A stretch of 64,000 nt of DNA from Sulfolobales archaeon (GCA_038867615.1 JAWBYA010000001.1:416001-480000), one strand, 5' to 3'; positions 1-11,374 are shown, counted from the stretch's first letter. Numbers and translations are program-made. The notes: generated from the sequence alone by a model not told the origin.

Positions 1-62
1 TAAAGCTTTTTCTCTCTAGACTACATTAATATTTATAAATAGTGGTTCATAGTATATAGATA

Positions 63-1646
63 TTGATGGGTATGCAGCCAAACCTTCCTGGGCAGTATAT
101 TCAGGCTAAAGATATACTCGAAGAGGCTGAGAGGATATACTCTTCGAGAACAGCGGTTATCGACTATGTGTCAGGCTATAAATATAGCTATAGTGATCTT
201 GGGGGAAGATCTTCGAAAATAGCCGGATTTCTCCAGGACCTCTCGCTAAAGCCTGGTGATAGGATCGCTTATATGCTCACAAACAGGATCGAGTGTATAG
301 ATCTATTTAAGGTATCAGGAATGCTGGGACTCATACTTGTACCGCTTAACTGGAGGCTATTGGGGAGCGAGCTTAGAAGCATTATCAGGAATACCGCTCC
401 TAAAGTGATATTCTATGAATCGGTATTCAGAGATCTCGCGGCAGAGGCTCTTAAAGGCATCAATGGGATCTTTAGGGTGGTTATCGACGGCGAACCAAGA
501 GAGGGTGAGTATAGCTATGAGGAAGCCCTTAAGGCAGGAGGCATCAAGACCCCGAGGAAGGTTTCTCTTGAGGAGCCGCGGATGATCCTATATACTGGCG
601 GGACTACAGGGATTCCCAAAGGTGCTGTGATATCTAATAGACAGATCCTCTTTAACATATTCTCAGAGATTCTGACATGGAGGTTAAGAGAGGATCACAG
701 GACAGTCGCTCTGCTACCTTTATTCCACACCGGGGGATGGAATCTATTGACTCTGCCTCTTCTGGCCAGAGGAGGCATGATTTATATGATAAGGAGATTC
801 GATCCAAAGCTATTCCTTGAGATCATAGAGACAGAGAAAGGGCCTTTCACGATATTCGGCGTTCCTACTATGTATTATATGATTTCTAAGCATGGGGACT
901 TTAGAGAAGCGTCTTTCAGGAACGTTGAGTGGATGATGAGCGGGGGCTCCCATATAGATAGGAAGATCTTGGAGGAGTTCTGGGCGAAAGGAGTGAAGAT
1001 GGCTCAGGGTTATGGGAGCACTGAGGCGGGACCTAATAATCTAACACCTCCTATACAGGATCTATCTCTCGACGATATGAAGACGAGGTGGAGGAGCGTT
1101 GGTAAGCCATTCGCCTTTAACGAAGTATTTGTAGTTGATGATAACGGGAACATACTGGGTCCTAATCAGTATGGGGAGCTGGTGTTCTGCGGCCCTCTAG
1201 TCTTCTCAGGATACTGGGGAATGCCTGAGGAAACAAAGCTTGTGCTCAGGGATGGATGTGTATATACCGGTGATATTGGTTTCTACGATGATGAGGGTTA
1301 TTTCTATGTAGTTGATAGGAAGAAGGATATTATAAAGAGCGGCGGGGAGCAGGTATACCCGAGGGAGATAGAGGAGCTCGTGCTTCAACACCCAGCCGTT
1401 GAGGACTGTGCAGTTATACCTGTTCCTGATGAGAAGTGGGGAGAGGTTCCCAAGCTGGTTGTTAAGTTGAGAAGCGGTTTGGGGATCACTAAGCACGAGA
1501 TCCTGGGCTTCCTCGAAGGGAAGATAGCTAGGTATAAGATACCAAAATATGTAGCGGTAGTTGATGAGATACCTAGAAACCCTGCGGGGAAGATCCTAAA
1601 GAGGGTTCTGATCGAGAAGCACGGGTCCCCGATCGATGAGATCTAG
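63..1646 (+). CDS. Acyl-CoA synthetase / long-chain fatty acid-CoA ligase (AMP-binding family)
   Basis: YTGGTTGIPKG AMP-binding loop, GYGSTE, YTGDIG, DRKKDIIKSGGE and PRNPAGK motifs. Confidence 0.92.
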   Translation: MMGMQPNLPGQYIQAKDILEEAERIYSSRTAVIDYVSGYKYSYSDLGGRSSKIAGFLQDLSLKPGDRIAYMLTNRIECIDLFKVSGMLGLILVPLNWRLLGSELRSIIRNTAPKVIFYESVFRDLAAEALKGINGIFRVVIDGEPREGEYSYEEALKAGGIKTPRKVSLEEPRMILYTGGTTGIPKGAVISNRQILFNIFSEILTWRLREDHRTVALLPLFHTGGWNLLTLPLLARGGMIYMIRRFDPKLFLEIIETEKGPFTIFGVPTMYYMISKHGDFREASFRNVEWMMSGGSHIDRKILEEFWAKGVKMAQGYGSTEAGPNNLTPPIQDLSLDDMKTRWRSVGKPFAFNEVFVVDDNGNILGPNQYGELVFCGPLVFSGYWGMPEETKLVLRDGCVYTGDIGFYDDEGYFYVVDRKKDIIKSGGEQVYPREIEELVLQHPAVEDCAVIPVPDEKWGEVPKLVVKLRSGLGITKHEILGFLEGKIARYKIPKYVAVVDEIPRNPAGKILKRVLIEKHGSPIDEI

Positions 1647-1653
1647 TGACCTC

Positions 1654-3207
1654 TCAAGATCCCTGTTGCTTTAGAAGCTCTGAGAACTTTTTCTTCAAAT
1701 ATACATAATCCACCTTACCCACCGCGGTTTTCGGGATTTCGTGGACTATCCACACATACTTAGGGATCTTATACCCAGCTATCCTTCCTCTCAGAAAATC
1801 CCTTATAGTCTGGGGATCTATTTGATAGCCTGCTTTGGGCTTTATAGCTGCTGCTACAGCCTCTCCCCATTTCTCGTCAGGGACTCCAAAGACGGCTACC
1901 TCCTCTACTCCTGGATGCTCCCTAATACGCTCTTCCACCTCAAATGGGTATATGTTCTCCCCACCGCTTTTTATCATGAACTTCTTCCTCTCGACGAAAT
2001 AGAAATGCCCATCCTCATCCTTGATGAACAGATCTCCTGTTCTCACCCACCCATCTTCTGTGAACGCTTCTTTTGTTTCCTCAGGCCTTTTCCAATATCC
2101 TGAGAAGGTTATAGGGCCTCTCACGAGTAGCTCGCCCACTTCGCCCGGCCTGGCTTCTGTTCCATCATCCTTAACGATCTTTAGCTCGGCGAAGAGGCTC
2201 TGCTTTCCAACACTCATTGGCTTCTTCTCCATATCCTCTGGTGGTGTGTAGAGGAGGTTGGGGCCTGCCTCTGTTAGTCCGTATCCTTGGAAGTACCTGA
2301 CACCTTTATCCCAGTAGATCTTTACAAGGCTATAGGGGCTCATGCCCCCTCCGCTTTTGAAGAACTTAATATTCTTGAAGCTTGTGTCTTTGAACTTGGG
2401 GGATTTTGTTAACATGTAGAAAGCTGTTGGTACCGCTATCACTAATGTGCATCTCTCTTTCTCTATAATGTCTAGCGCCTCTTCAGGATCGAATCTCTTT
2501 GTAATAATAATCCTCCCCCCGATCATGTAGAGGGGTATTGTTATCACATGCCAGCCTCCTGTGTGAAATAGTGGGAAGAAGAGAGGAGCTATATCGTCTC
2601 TTGTAAGGCTCCAGCTGATTATTGTGTTTATCGCATTCCATATAACCTGCCTGTAGGGTATCATAGCAGCCTTAAGAGTACCTGTAGTTCCCCCAGTGTA
2701 TAGAAGCATGCTTATATCGCTACCCCCGACATTCTCCCTTCTATAGTCCCTCTGGATCTGTCTCTTATAGATCCCTCTGAGGGTCTCTATCCTCTCTATT
2801 AACGGTCTGTGGGAGCTAATTTTTAAAGCCTGTTCTAAGAGATCCTTGAGCTCTTCTTGATAGAATATTAGAGAGGGCTCCACATCATCTATCATAAACG
2901 CTAGATCCTTAGGCGTGGCTCTCCAGCTCAGTGGAGCCAGTATTGCTCCTTTTTTAATGGTTGCCAGGTAGATGAAGATATACTCAGCGTTGTTATACGA
3001 TAGAACCGCGACTCTATCCCCCTTCCCAACCCCTATCTCTTCAAGTATGGAGGCGATATTATTAGCAGCCTTAGCAGCGTCGCGGTAGCTATACTCCTCC
3101 CTAGATCCCCATGAGTAGTCAACAATAGCTATTCTATCAGGATATAGTCTTGCCCCGACCTCGGCTAGGTCGGGGACTGGGTGTTCATAAGCATTATCGT
3201 GATTCAT
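1654..3207 (-). CDS. Acyl-CoA synthetase (AMP-binding family), paralog convergent with the first
   Basis: YTGGTTGTLK, GYGLTE, RTGDL, IKSGGENIYP and PKTAVGK motifs. Confidence 0.92.
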   Translation of the reverse strand: MNHDNAYEHPVPDLAEVGARLYPDRIAIVDYSWGSREEYSYRDAAKAANNIASILEEIGVGKGDRVAVLSYNNAEYIFIYLATIKKGAILAPLSWRATPKDLAFMIDDVEPSLIFYQEELKDLLEQALKISSHRPLIERIETLRGIYKRQIQRDYRRENVGGSDISMLLYTGGTTGTLKAAMIPYRQVIWNAINTIISWSLTRDDIAPLFFPLFHTGGWHVITIPLYMIGGRIIITKRFDPEEALDIIEKERCTLVIAVPTAFYMLTKSPKFKDTSFKNIKFFKSGGGMSPYSLVKIYWDKGVRYFQGYGLTEAGPNLLYTPPEDMEKKPMSVGKQSLFAELKIVKDDGTEARPGEVGELLVRGPITFSGYWKRPEETKEAFTEDGWVRTGDLFIKDEDGHFYFVERKKFMIKSGGENIYPFEVEERIREHPGVEEVAVFGVPDEKWGEAVAAAIKPKAGYQIDPQTIRDFLRGRIAGYKIPKYVWIVHEIPKTAVGKVDYVYLKKKFSELLKQQGS

Positions 3208-3291
3208 TAGTGAATCACCGTTTAATAATACATAGAGAAGAGGGATAAATTTTTACACACGTTATCTCTAATATTAGTTAGGAAGCCCAGT

Positions 3292-4509
3292 ATGCCTCGT
3301 AGGAGTAGCGCTAATATGGCTAGGCAGAAAATAATGGAGTCTTTCTCGAAGTTGGCACTTAAGAAAAGCTATAAAGATATATCGCTTAAGGAGATCTCAG
3401 AGCTGGCAGGGATCTCAGTTCCTTCTTTCTATACTTATTTCGATTCAAAAGAGGATATGCTTAGATACTATATAGACTATTCCCTCGAGCATCTAGAAAA
3501 CTTGATAAACTCACACCTCGGTCAAGCGGTCAGTGCTAGTATAACGATCAGGTATCTTCTACACATACTCTCCACACTTCTCGAGGACAGGATCCTAACA
3601 GCTTTTCACAGAGTCTTTCGTGAATACGAGTTTGTGGAAAAGAGCCTTGCCAAGCTATACTATAAGAGGCTCTTTGACCTGCTTGGGAGCTTTATTGGGG
3701 AGAGGCTCTATGAGCTCAGCTACCAGGATCCAAGGATAATATCGCTAGCCATAGTTGGGAGCTCTAGTTTCATATACCTTTTCAGAAAGATCTTCAACCT
3801 AGAGGGGAGCATTTTGATCGACATAGAGGTTTCGGGAGACCTTCTGCTTAAGGGGTTAGGGTCTCAGAGGGTTCCTGAGGTACTTCCGATCGAGAATCCA
3901 CCAGATCTCGTGGAGCTCATGGATAGATATGGAGCGCTTGAGGTTCCAGGGATGCCCAAGGGCAAGAAGCCTATCTTGATGGCGACGCTCGATATCCTTA
4001 GCTCTAAGAGTTTTAAGGATACCAAGATCTATGAGATCATGGATAGAGCTGGCTATTCTGTAGGCTCCTTCTACAAGATCTATAGGAGTAAGGAGGAGCT
4101 CTTAGAGGATCTAGTGATCATCATAGGGAGAACTCTGAGAAAGTATCTCTCTGAGTGTATAGAGGGTATAGAGGATCCCGCCGAAATCGAGGCCAAGGGA
4201 TCGGCATGCTTTCTCGGGTTTGTTAGGAAGAATGAGAACATCTATAGGATCGTTAGGGAGGCAGCATATATAGATCTTAGCATTGCTATGAAATACCACA
4301 TACCATTCCTAAAAAGATATGCAGAAAGACTAAGTGCAGAGGCGGAAAGAGGGCTTATAAGAACATTCAATACAGAATCACTAGCAATAGCCCTCATGGG
4401 GATAAACCACACAGCTGGTATAGAGGTTCGAATGTTGGAAGGTATGGATGAAAGAAAAGTTCTAGAAGGGCTAGCACGAATATATGCTAAAGGTGTTCTT
4501 AGCGCGTAA
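3292..4509 (+). CDS. TetR/AcrR-family regulator with two tandem TetR units
   Basis: Two HTH signatures: ISLKEISELAGISVPSFYTYFDSKEDM and TKIYEIMDRAGYSVGSFYKIYRSKEEL. Confidence 0.85.
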   Translation: MPRRSSANMARQKIMESFSKLALKKSYKDISLKEISELAGISVPSFYTYFDSKEDMLRYYIDYSLEHLENLINSHLGQAVSASITIRYLLHILSTLLEDRILTAFHRVFREYEFVEKSLAKLYYKRLFDLLGSFIGERLYELSYQDPRIISLAIVGSSSFIYLFRKIFNLEGSILIDIEVSGDLLLKGLGSQRVPEVLPIENPPDLVELMDRYGALEVPGMPKGKKPILMATLDILSSKSFKDTKIYEIMDRAGYSVGSFYKIYRSKEELLEDLVIIIGRTLRKYLSECIEGIEDPAEIEAKGSACFLGFVRKNENIYRIVREAAYIDLSIAMKYHIPFLKRYAERLSAEAERGLIRTFNTESLAIALMGINHTAGIEVRMLEGMDERKVLEGLARIYAKGVLSA

Positions 4510-5014
4510 AATACCTCAGCACTAAACATCCATAAGTAGCTCTCACCACTAATACTGAGGATCAGCTTATTAGAGGTTTAAATGCCGCATCCCAACCCCT
4601 GAACAGTCGCCTGCTCTAAACGCATCTTCCACACTCGAAAGCCGTCTATCCGATTTATCCGGCTCACACAATTTTTCATGATCATTGGAATAATACGAAG
4701 ATAACGATCTGCTCAGTGAGGCTTAGGTATAGCCCAACCCGTATATTTCCTTAGATCTAACAGCCTCCTAGACAGCATAACCCCAATGATTAGACTTGCT
4801 GAAGATTATAATGTTCATTGCCAGAACAGCTTTAATTATGGCGAAGTATGGGTGTTGGCAAAGAGCAGATGCTTTCTCTTTTACTGATTACTAGCGCTAT
4901 ATTTATTATAGATAATAGAAAATGAAATATCGTTTTTATGTATCAATATATGAGTAATTATGGCAGTTTCATCAGCGTTTAGGGAAAAATATATAAGTAG
5001 CTTTATGTAATAAA

Positions 5015-5287
5015 GTGATAGTGATTAGGTTGAGTAAAGTGAGGATCTATAATGTGGAGCCGGGGCTTTATAGACTGGATCTTAGAGGGTATGTGTGCCC
5101 CTATCCACAGATCTTTACGTTGAAGGCGCTCTCGGAGTTGAAGAGGGGCGAGGTTCTCGAGGTGATTATAGATAATCCAGCGTCTTGTGAGAATGTGCCT
5201 TCGGCCGTTTCTAGTAAGGGTCACAGGGTTCTTAGGGTTGATAAGATAGGTGCTGGTGTGTGGAGGATCTTGATTGAGAGGGGGTGA
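5015..5287 (+). CDS. TusA/SirA/YeeD-family sulfur carrier protein
   Basis: LDLRGYVCPYP (CPxP) motif, about 80 aa; the true start may be the TTG a few codons in. Confidence 0.9.
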   Translation: MIVIRLSKVRIYNVEPGLYRLDLRGYVCPYPQIFTLKALSELKRGEVLEVIIDNPASCENVPSAVSSKGHRVLRVDKIGAGVWRILIERG

Positions 5288-6486
5288 GGTTGGTGGAGAA
5301 GGTTCAGCAGGTTCTCAGGGCTAGGGGTGTTTTCTGGAATCGATATGGTCTCTATATCTATGCCTTGATCTTTGGTGCTGCTTCGATAGCCCTTACATAC
5401 TCCGATCTAGTCCTTTTTGGGAGGGGATCTATATGGGGGATAACTACTGGTGAGTCCAAGCTTGGAGGTATTGTGTGGGCATCGATAATAGATCCCGGGA
5501 TAGCTGCTACCCAGTATTACAAAGAATTCCCCCTTATCAACCCGCTAAGTGATCCGGCGCAGATGATTGTTATAGGGATCCTGCTGGGCGGCATGATCGC
5601 ATCGCTAGCCTTGGGAGAGTTCTCTTTAAAGCATCTGCCAAATACATGGATGCTGATCCAAGCCCTCTTGGGAGGGTTCCTCCTAGGCTATGGATCTAGA
5701 CTTGCTCTCGGCTGCAACATAGGTAACTTTCTCAGTGCATGGGCATCAGCCGGGCTGAATGCTGTTTCCTTCACACTAGGCATGATCCCTGGGGTGTTCA
5801 TAGGCAGCAAGATCTTTGAGAAGATCTTCCTATTCAGGGCTGGCCCCATAACAACGAGATCCATAGCCCCTCCCCAGAATCTAAAGATACCCTTAACAAT
5901 CCTAGTAGTATTTCTAGCAATATTTCTAGCACTATACTCACAACCCCGGGCATCACTATTCCTAGCCTTCGGGATAGTCTTCGGCGCAATAGGATATCTA
6001 TCAAAGCTATGCTGGGCCACAGGACTCAGGGAGATCGCATCACCCATATGGGGCTCGTGGAAAATGCTCAAAGCTGTATTGATAACCATAGCTACATACG
6101 CGGTCGGAGTCTGGATCCTATATATAGGAGGAGCACCACTAAGCCTAGCCCTTGCTAAAGGTATAGGACAGCTACAGATCTTTATAGGAGGAGTTATATT
6201 CGGGATCGGTATGGGGATTGCGGGAACCTGTATATTTAGCAGCGAGTGGAGAGCAGGTTCCGGTAGCATTTACTCCATGGTGGTCCTCGTATCGACAATC
6301 TTAGTAGGAATGCCAGTGCTAGCCTACCACTACCAGTGGTGGAGATCGGTCTTACCCCAGCCCCTCCCCAACATGAGCTTCTACAGCATCATGGGTCCCC
6401 TAGGCATACTACCCACACTAGCGTTCCTGCTCATTCTAATCCTTATAGTCCATATAGTTCATAGGACCTATAGCAGGGCTGGTTAA
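5284..6486 (+). CDS. YeeE/YedE-family (thiosulfate) transporter
   Basis: Polytopic; GSRLALGCNIG and GMGIAGTC motifs; overlaps the TusA-like gene. Confidence 0.88.
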   Translation: MRLVEKVQQVLRARGVFWNRYGLYIYALIFGAASIALTYSDLVLFGRGSIWGITTGESKLGGIVWASIIDPGIAATQYYKEFPLINPLSDPAQMIVIGILLGGMIASLALGEFSLKHLPNTWMLIQALLGGFLLGYGSRLALGCNIGNFLSAWASAGLNAVSFTLGMIPGVFIGSKIFEKIFLFRAGPITTRSIAPPQNLKIPLTILVVFLAIFLALYSQPRASLFLAFGIVFGAIGYLSKLCWATGLREIASPIWGSWKMLKAVLITIATYAVGVWILYIGGAPLSLALAKGIGQLQIFIGGVIFGIGMGIAGTCIFSSEWRAGSGSIYSMVVLVSTILVGMPVLAYHYQWWRSVLPQPLPNMSFYSIMGPLGILPTLAFLLILILIVHIVHRTYSRAG

Positions 6487-6578
6487 AGAAGATCCCTGAG
6501 CATCTTAAAACCTGAATATTTTAGGACTAGGATCATATTTAATGGGAGCATGTTTTGAGGCTGGGTAGGATTGTTGGG

Positions 6579-6628
6579 AGGATCGGTCATATATATCCTA
6601 TGAGAAGAAGGATCGGTCATATATATCC
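6579..6628 (+). repeat. Perfect 20-bp direct repeat AGGATCGGTCATATATATCC, 30-bp period, containing a TATA-like box
   Basis: Copies at 6579-6598 and 6609-6628, just upstream of the 6643 ORF. Confidence 0.9.
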
Positions 6629-6642
6629 AGCTAGGAGGGCAG

Positions 6643-7077
6643 GTGCTGATAGTGGCTGTAAGGGTAAAGCTCAGGATTAGATCTCTATTCTCTAACACTG
6701 AAGTGGCGACCTCAGCCCTAGTTAACTCGGGCTTCGAGGCTGAAACACCACAGCTACTCATCCCAAGATCACTTGCAGCAAACCTAAAACTATGGCCTCC
6801 ACCACCAGAGGCTCAGCTTGTTGAGGTAGGCACGGCTGGAGGTCCCGTTAGGAACTACCTGATCCCCGGGGCTGCCGAGGTCTCTGTAGATGCTGGCGAT
6901 AGGATCGTGGGTCCGGTGAGATGTGATATCATGGTCTCAAGCCTTGAGTATGAGGTTCTGATAAGCGATATGCTTGGGGGAGAGCTCGGGATCGTGATAC
7001 TGGATCTCAGAGGTAAGTGGAGATTCTCGGATGAGGATAGGATTAGGGAGAGTGAGAGGCCGCAGTACTGGTTCTAA
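6643..7077 (+). CDS. Archaeal clan AA aspartic-protease-like (retropepsin-fold) hypothetical protein
   Basis: ALVNSGFE in place of the D(T/S)G motif, TAGG, EVLISD, LGIVILD pattern. Confidence 0.6.
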   Translation: MLIVAVRVKLRIRSLFSNTEVATSALVNSGFEAETPQLLIPRSLAANLKLWPPPPEAQLVEVGTAGGPVRNYLIPGAAEVSVDAGDRIVGPVRCDIMVSSLEYEVLISDMLGGELGIVILDLRGKWRFSDEDRIRESERPQYWF

Positions 7078-7115
7078 GATCTATTAGTAGAATAAAAAGT
7101 TATTGATCGTGATCT

Positions 7116-8825
7116 TTATTTGATTGAAGGAGCCCTGATCCCCTTCTCCCTTATTATTCTTTTGGATGTCTCGTAACCTGCGTCTGCGTGTCTCACTACA
7201 CCTAGTCCTGGGTCTACTGTTAAGACTCTCTCGGCCCTTAGATCGCTCTCTCTGGTTCCGTCGAGGACTAAGCCTAGTCCTGCGTGGATGCTATAGCCTA
7301 TGCCGACTCCTCCGCCGTGGTGCACGCAGACCCATGTTGCTCCTGCTGCTGTGTTTAGGAGTGCGTTGAGGATTGGCCAGTCTGCTATTGCGTCGGAGCC
7401 GTCTAGCATTCCCTCTGTTTCTCTGTATGGGGATGCTACTGATCCTGTGTCTAGATGATCCCTCCCGATCCATATGGGGCTTATGACTCCTCTCTTCACG
7501 AGCTCGTTTATCCTCAGCCCGAAAAGGGATCTTTCTCCATAGCCTAGCCATACAACTCTTGAGGGGAGGCCTTGGAACTTAACATATCTCCTAGCATTCT
7601 CAACCCATCTAACCAGTCTTCTGTTATGTTTGAACATCTCTATAACCTCGTCGTCAAGGATCTCTATATCCCTGGGGTCTCCTGTGAGGGATGCCCATCT
7701 AAATGGTCCTCTACCCTCCTCGAACATTGGTCTTATATATGCTTGCACAAACCCTGGGAATGAGAATGCATCCTTATAGCCTGCCTCGTAGGCCATCTTT
7801 CTAATATTATTACCATATTCGAAGACAACAGCTCCTCTCCTCATGAAACCAACCATAGCTTCTACTTGTCTCTTCATGCTCTCGAGGCTCAGCCTCTTAT
7901 ACCTCTCCGGATCCCTTGATCTGAGTTCCATGGCCTCCTCAAGGCTCATTCCAGCGGGAACATAGCTGAGGGGATCATGGGCTGGTGTCTGGTCAGTAAC
8001 CACGGATATGTTGACACCTCTTCTAAGCAGCTCCGGGTAAACCTCGGCAGCATTGCCCAGCAAGCCTATAGATATACCCTCACCCCTCTGCGAATACCTC
8101 TCGGCAAGATCTATAGCGCTATCAATACTATCGGTCCATGTATCGAGGTAGCCGAACCTAATCCTCCTCTCGATCATCCTCTTATCAACCTCAACAACTA
8201 TAGCAGCTCCCCCGTTCATCTTGATAGCGAGGGGCTGGGCTCCTCCCATCTCTCCAAGCCCTGCTGTGAGGACTATCCTCCCGCTCAGGGATCCCTGGAA
8301 ATGCTTCTCAGCAACATAGGCGAATGTCTCATAAGTACCCTGGAGGATCCCCTGGGTCCCTATATATGCCCAGCACCCTGCTGTCATCTGCCCATACATT
8401 GTCAACCCCTTCCTCTCGAGCTCGAGGAAGTAATCCCAGTCAGCCCATTTGGGGACTAGGAGTGCGTTTGCCATAACAATCCTTGGCGCGAGCCTATGGG
8501 TTGTGAACACCGCTACAGGCTTTCCACTCTGGATCACGAGGGTGTCATCGCTCTTCATAGTCATGAGTGTATCGACAATCGTTTCAAAGGCCTCCCAATT
8601 CCTACAAGCCTTACCAGTGCCTCCATAGACTATCAGGTTCTTGGGATCCTTAGCAACATCGGGGTCGAGAACATGGAAGAGCATTCTCAAAGCACCCTCG
8701 ATCTGCCAGTCCCCGCTCTCAACATGGAGCTCCCTACCCCTTATAGCCCTCACACCCCTTGTTGAGGGATCATAATAACCCTTCTGAATCAGTTTATCAA
8801 TAGGCCTCCCGAACATGATCACCAT
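7116..8825 (-). CDS. hutU: Urocanate hydratase
   Basis: [25 protein letters not shown] and HHGGGVGIG motifs. Confidence 0.97.
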   Translation of the reverse strand: MVIMFGRPIDKLIQKGYYDPSTRGVRAIRGRELHVESGDWQIEGALRMLFHVLDPDVAKDPKNLIVYGGTGKACRNWEAFETIVDTLMTMKSDDTLVIQSGKPVAVFTTHRLAPRIVMANALLVPKWADWDYFLELERKGLTMYGQMTAGCWAYIGTQGILQGTYETFAYVAEKHFQGSLSGRIVLTAGLGEMGGAQPLAIKMNGGAAIVVEVDKRMIERRIRFGYLDTWTDSIDSAIDLAERYSQRGEGISIGLLGNAAEVYPELLRRGVNISVVTDQTPAHDPLSYVPAGMSLEEAMELRSRDPERYKRLSLESMKRQVEAMVGFMRRGAVVFEYGNNIRKMAYEAGYKDAFSFPGFVQAYIRPMFEEGRGPFRWASLTGDPRDIEILDDEVIEMFKHNRRLVRWVENARRYVKFQGLPSRVVWLGYGERSLFGLRINELVKRGVISPIWIGRDHLDTGSVASPYRETEGMLDGSDAIADWPILNALLNTAAGATWVCVHHGGGVGIGYSIHAGLGLVLDGTRESDLRAERVLTVDPGLGVVRHADAGYETSKRIIREKGIRAPSIK

Positions 8826-9068
8826 CTACAATACACCTGGAGAGAGTATAAAGCGCTCTCCACGCCTTAATCCAGATCTTCTTAACGATCTATGGCGATG
8901 CCGATCTTTGGGCGAAATACCGAGGTATAGTGGATATTGGAATAAACACTGTGATCCTAGATCGACGTGGCTAGAGGCTCGACAACCCTTGCTCGAGCAT
9001 TATTCAATAATCATGTTATAAGTAGCATATCTAATACCTTGGGTAGCGAATAAGTAGTAGGGCTTTAT

Positions 9069-10328
9069 ATGACGTCTTTTAACGCTGATCTCATAGTTAG
9101 AGCTAAACTTGTACTCTCCCTCCCAAACGTTGTGAGGGGTCGTGCTGATTGCAGATCTCTTGGCTGTGTTGAAGATGGGGCTATAGCTATTAGGAATGGT
9201 AGGATCGTTTCTGTAGGGCTTAGCGATGATATTCTCAGGAGGTATAGGGCTAGGAGGTATATAGATGCCTCTGGACATATTGTTACCCCAGGTCTTGTTG
9301 ATCCCCATACCCATTTGTTATACCACGGATCCAGGGAGGATGAGAGGGAGGAGATCCTTGGGGGAGTGTCTTACGGGGATATACTGGCTAGGGGAGGCGG
9401 GATTCTGAGAACAATGAGGGAGACTTCGAAGGCGGATCGAGAGATCCTTTTAACATCGTTGGCAACCAGGATAGACGCTTTGTTAGAGAGTGGTGTGACA
9501 ACTGTTGAGGTGAAGACCGGCTATGGGTTATCGCCTCGGGATGAGGCAAGGCTTCTCGAGATCCTTGGCGAGGCTGTTAAGGCAAGCCGTGTGGATATCG
9601 TGCCAACACTGCTTGCCCACGTACCGATGCCTGGTGTTGATTTCAAAACCCTTGTTGAGGCCTATAGGGATAGCTTGGTTCCAAGGGCTCTGGAGCTTGG
9701 GGTGAGGTTTATAGATGTTTTCTGCGATAGAGGCGCCTTTAACCCTGAGGAGTCGAGGATCCTTCTGAGTCTTGGGAGAAGCCTAGGCCTGGTTCCACGG
9801 ATCCATGCGGATGAGTTCAGCTATATAGGATGCAGCGATGTTGGTTTAGAGGTCCAGGCAGCATCACTCGATCATCTCAACCAAACACCCTCAGAGATTG
9901 TTAGAAGAATCGCGGCAAGCGATTCAACAGCAATACTCGCCCCAAGCACGGCTCTAGCTATAGTTGGTAAGAAGCCTCCCTCAAGAGAGCTCCTAGATCT
10001 CGGGGCCATAGTAGCGATAGCAACCGACCACTCCCCAGCCCTTATGAACCTCAACATGGTTGAGACAATAAACCTTGCTGTCAACTATCTCTCAATACCC
10101 CCGGGAAACGCCATAGCCGCTGCTACTGTCAACGCTGCCCATAGCCTTGGGCTGAAGGGCGAGGTTGGATCTATTGTTGAGGGTTCAAAAGCGGATCTCG
10201 TTATATGGTCCTTCCCCCACTATAGGTGGTTTGGCTATCTAATGCACAGATCCCCCATAATGTGTGTGATAAAAAACGGCGTGGTTGTTAAGAACCCAGG
10301 TGGTTGTATCGTGCATGAGGGGCTGTGA
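9069..10328 (+). CDS. hutI: Imidazolonepropionase
   Basis: PGLVDPHTH, GGGILRT, EVKTGYGL, DVFCD, HADE motifs; hut context. Confidence 0.93.
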   Translation: MTSFNADLIVRAKLVLSLPNVVRGRADCRSLGCVEDGAIAIRNGRIVSVGLSDDILRRYRARRYIDASGHIVTPGLVDPHTHLLYHGSREDEREEILGGVSYGDILARGGGILRTMRETSKADREILLTSLATRIDALLESGVTTVEVKTGYGLSPRDEARLLEILGEAVKASRVDIVPTLLAHVPMPGVDFKTLVEAYRDSLVPRALELGVRFIDVFCDRGAFNPEESRILLSLGRSLGLVPRIHADEFSYIGCSDVGLEVQAASLDHLNQTPSEIVRRIAASDSTAILAPSTALAIVGKKPPSRELLDLGAIVAIATDHSPALMNLNMVETINLAVNYLSIPPGNAIAAATVNAAHSLGLKGEVGSIVEGSKADLVIWSFPHYRWFGYLMHRSPIMCVIKNGVVVKNPGGCIVHEGL

Positions 10329-10349
10329 TATCTAATAACAGGTTCCAGG

Positions 10350-11276
10350 TTATTGAGGGGCTTTATGTCTCGCAGAGCTCGTCCACATGTTATTGATAAT
10401 TCTGTAGGCTATCAGGGCTAGGTTTCTCCCACATAGATCTCCTTGGTCTAGTGGTGGTGTGTATTCAACAATATCTCCTCCCACGATCCTGTATCTCTTC
10501 ATAACCATGTCGAGGATCTTTACAGCGTCTTTGAGAGAGATCCCTAGGGGTGATGGTGAGTTCACTCCGGGGCATTGTGAGGGATCCAGGGAGTCGGAGT
10601 CAAAGCTAATATATATCCAGTCAACGTTTGAAAAGATCTCGTCAAGAGTGTTGACCACGCTTCCAATATCTAGGTCATCTGAGTAGAGGTACTTAACCCC
10701 AAGCTTCTCGGCTAGGCTGAGCATGTATCTAGGAGTACTATGGCTCCTCACACCTATAACCGCTACTCTAAGCCTATCACCTCTTTCGGAGAGAAGATCT
10801 CTGAGATATGTTCCTGATGAGAGGCCTTCGGATAGTTCTCTCAGGTCTAGATGGGCGTCGAAGACTAGAAGCCCGGCTCTCCCGCCAAGCGTTTCTAGGG
10901 CTGAGGATACTGAGTATCTCGTGATGCTATGATCCCCTCCCAGTAGTAGGAAGCCTTTGCAGGTTCTCGATAGATTCTCGACAGCCTCATAGATTCTCTG
11001 CGAGGTTTTTCCAAGATCGCCTGGTGCGATCGCTATATCTCCCCAATCACACAAACACAGATCTTTATGGAGGTTATAGCTATAGAGATACTCCCTAAGC
11101 CTGGATGGTGCGAACCTAGCCCCAGGCCTCCCAGCGGTACTCCAATCCCAGGGAACTCCGGCTATGCATAGGCATTCTGATGGGCAGTTGGTGCTACTCC
11201 TAACAATATCGCCTAGCCTCAGATCCCCGGGATCCCTGATCATTCTCTCCCCGGGTTTTCTGAAAACGCTCATCAC
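10350..11276 (-). CDS. hutG: Formimidoylglutamase (arginase/ureohydrolase family)
   Basis: GGDHS, FDAHLD, SFDSDSLDP and PGVNSP motifs; hut context. Confidence 0.8.
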   Translation of the reverse strand: MMSVFRKPGERMIRDPGDLRLGDIVRSSTNCPSECLCIAGVPWDWSTAGRPGARFAPSRLREYLYSYNLHKDLCLCDWGDIAIAPGDLGKTSQRIYEAVENLSRTCKGFLLLGGDHSITRYSVSSALETLGGRAGLLVFDAHLDLRELSEGLSSGTYLRDLLSERGDRLRVAVIGVRSHSTPRYMLSLAEKLGVKYLYSDDLDIGSVVNTLDEIFSNVDWIYISFDSDSLDPSQCPGVNSPSPLGISLKDAVKILDMVMKRYRIVGGDIVEYTPPLDQGDLCGRNLALIAYRIINNMWTSSARHKAPQ

Positions 11277-11374
11277 GCATCCCTAGATTCTAGCGGATCC
11301 CTGCAGATATATTGCTTTGAAGGCTTGATCCTTGTTTCTATGCCTTATTGTTCTGTATTGATTCTGATCTTTGC

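Noticed and set aside
4510-5014. 500-bp intergenic region checked for ncRNA or pseudogene
   Set aside because: No tRNA, C/D-box pair, repeat or protein similarity recognised by eye
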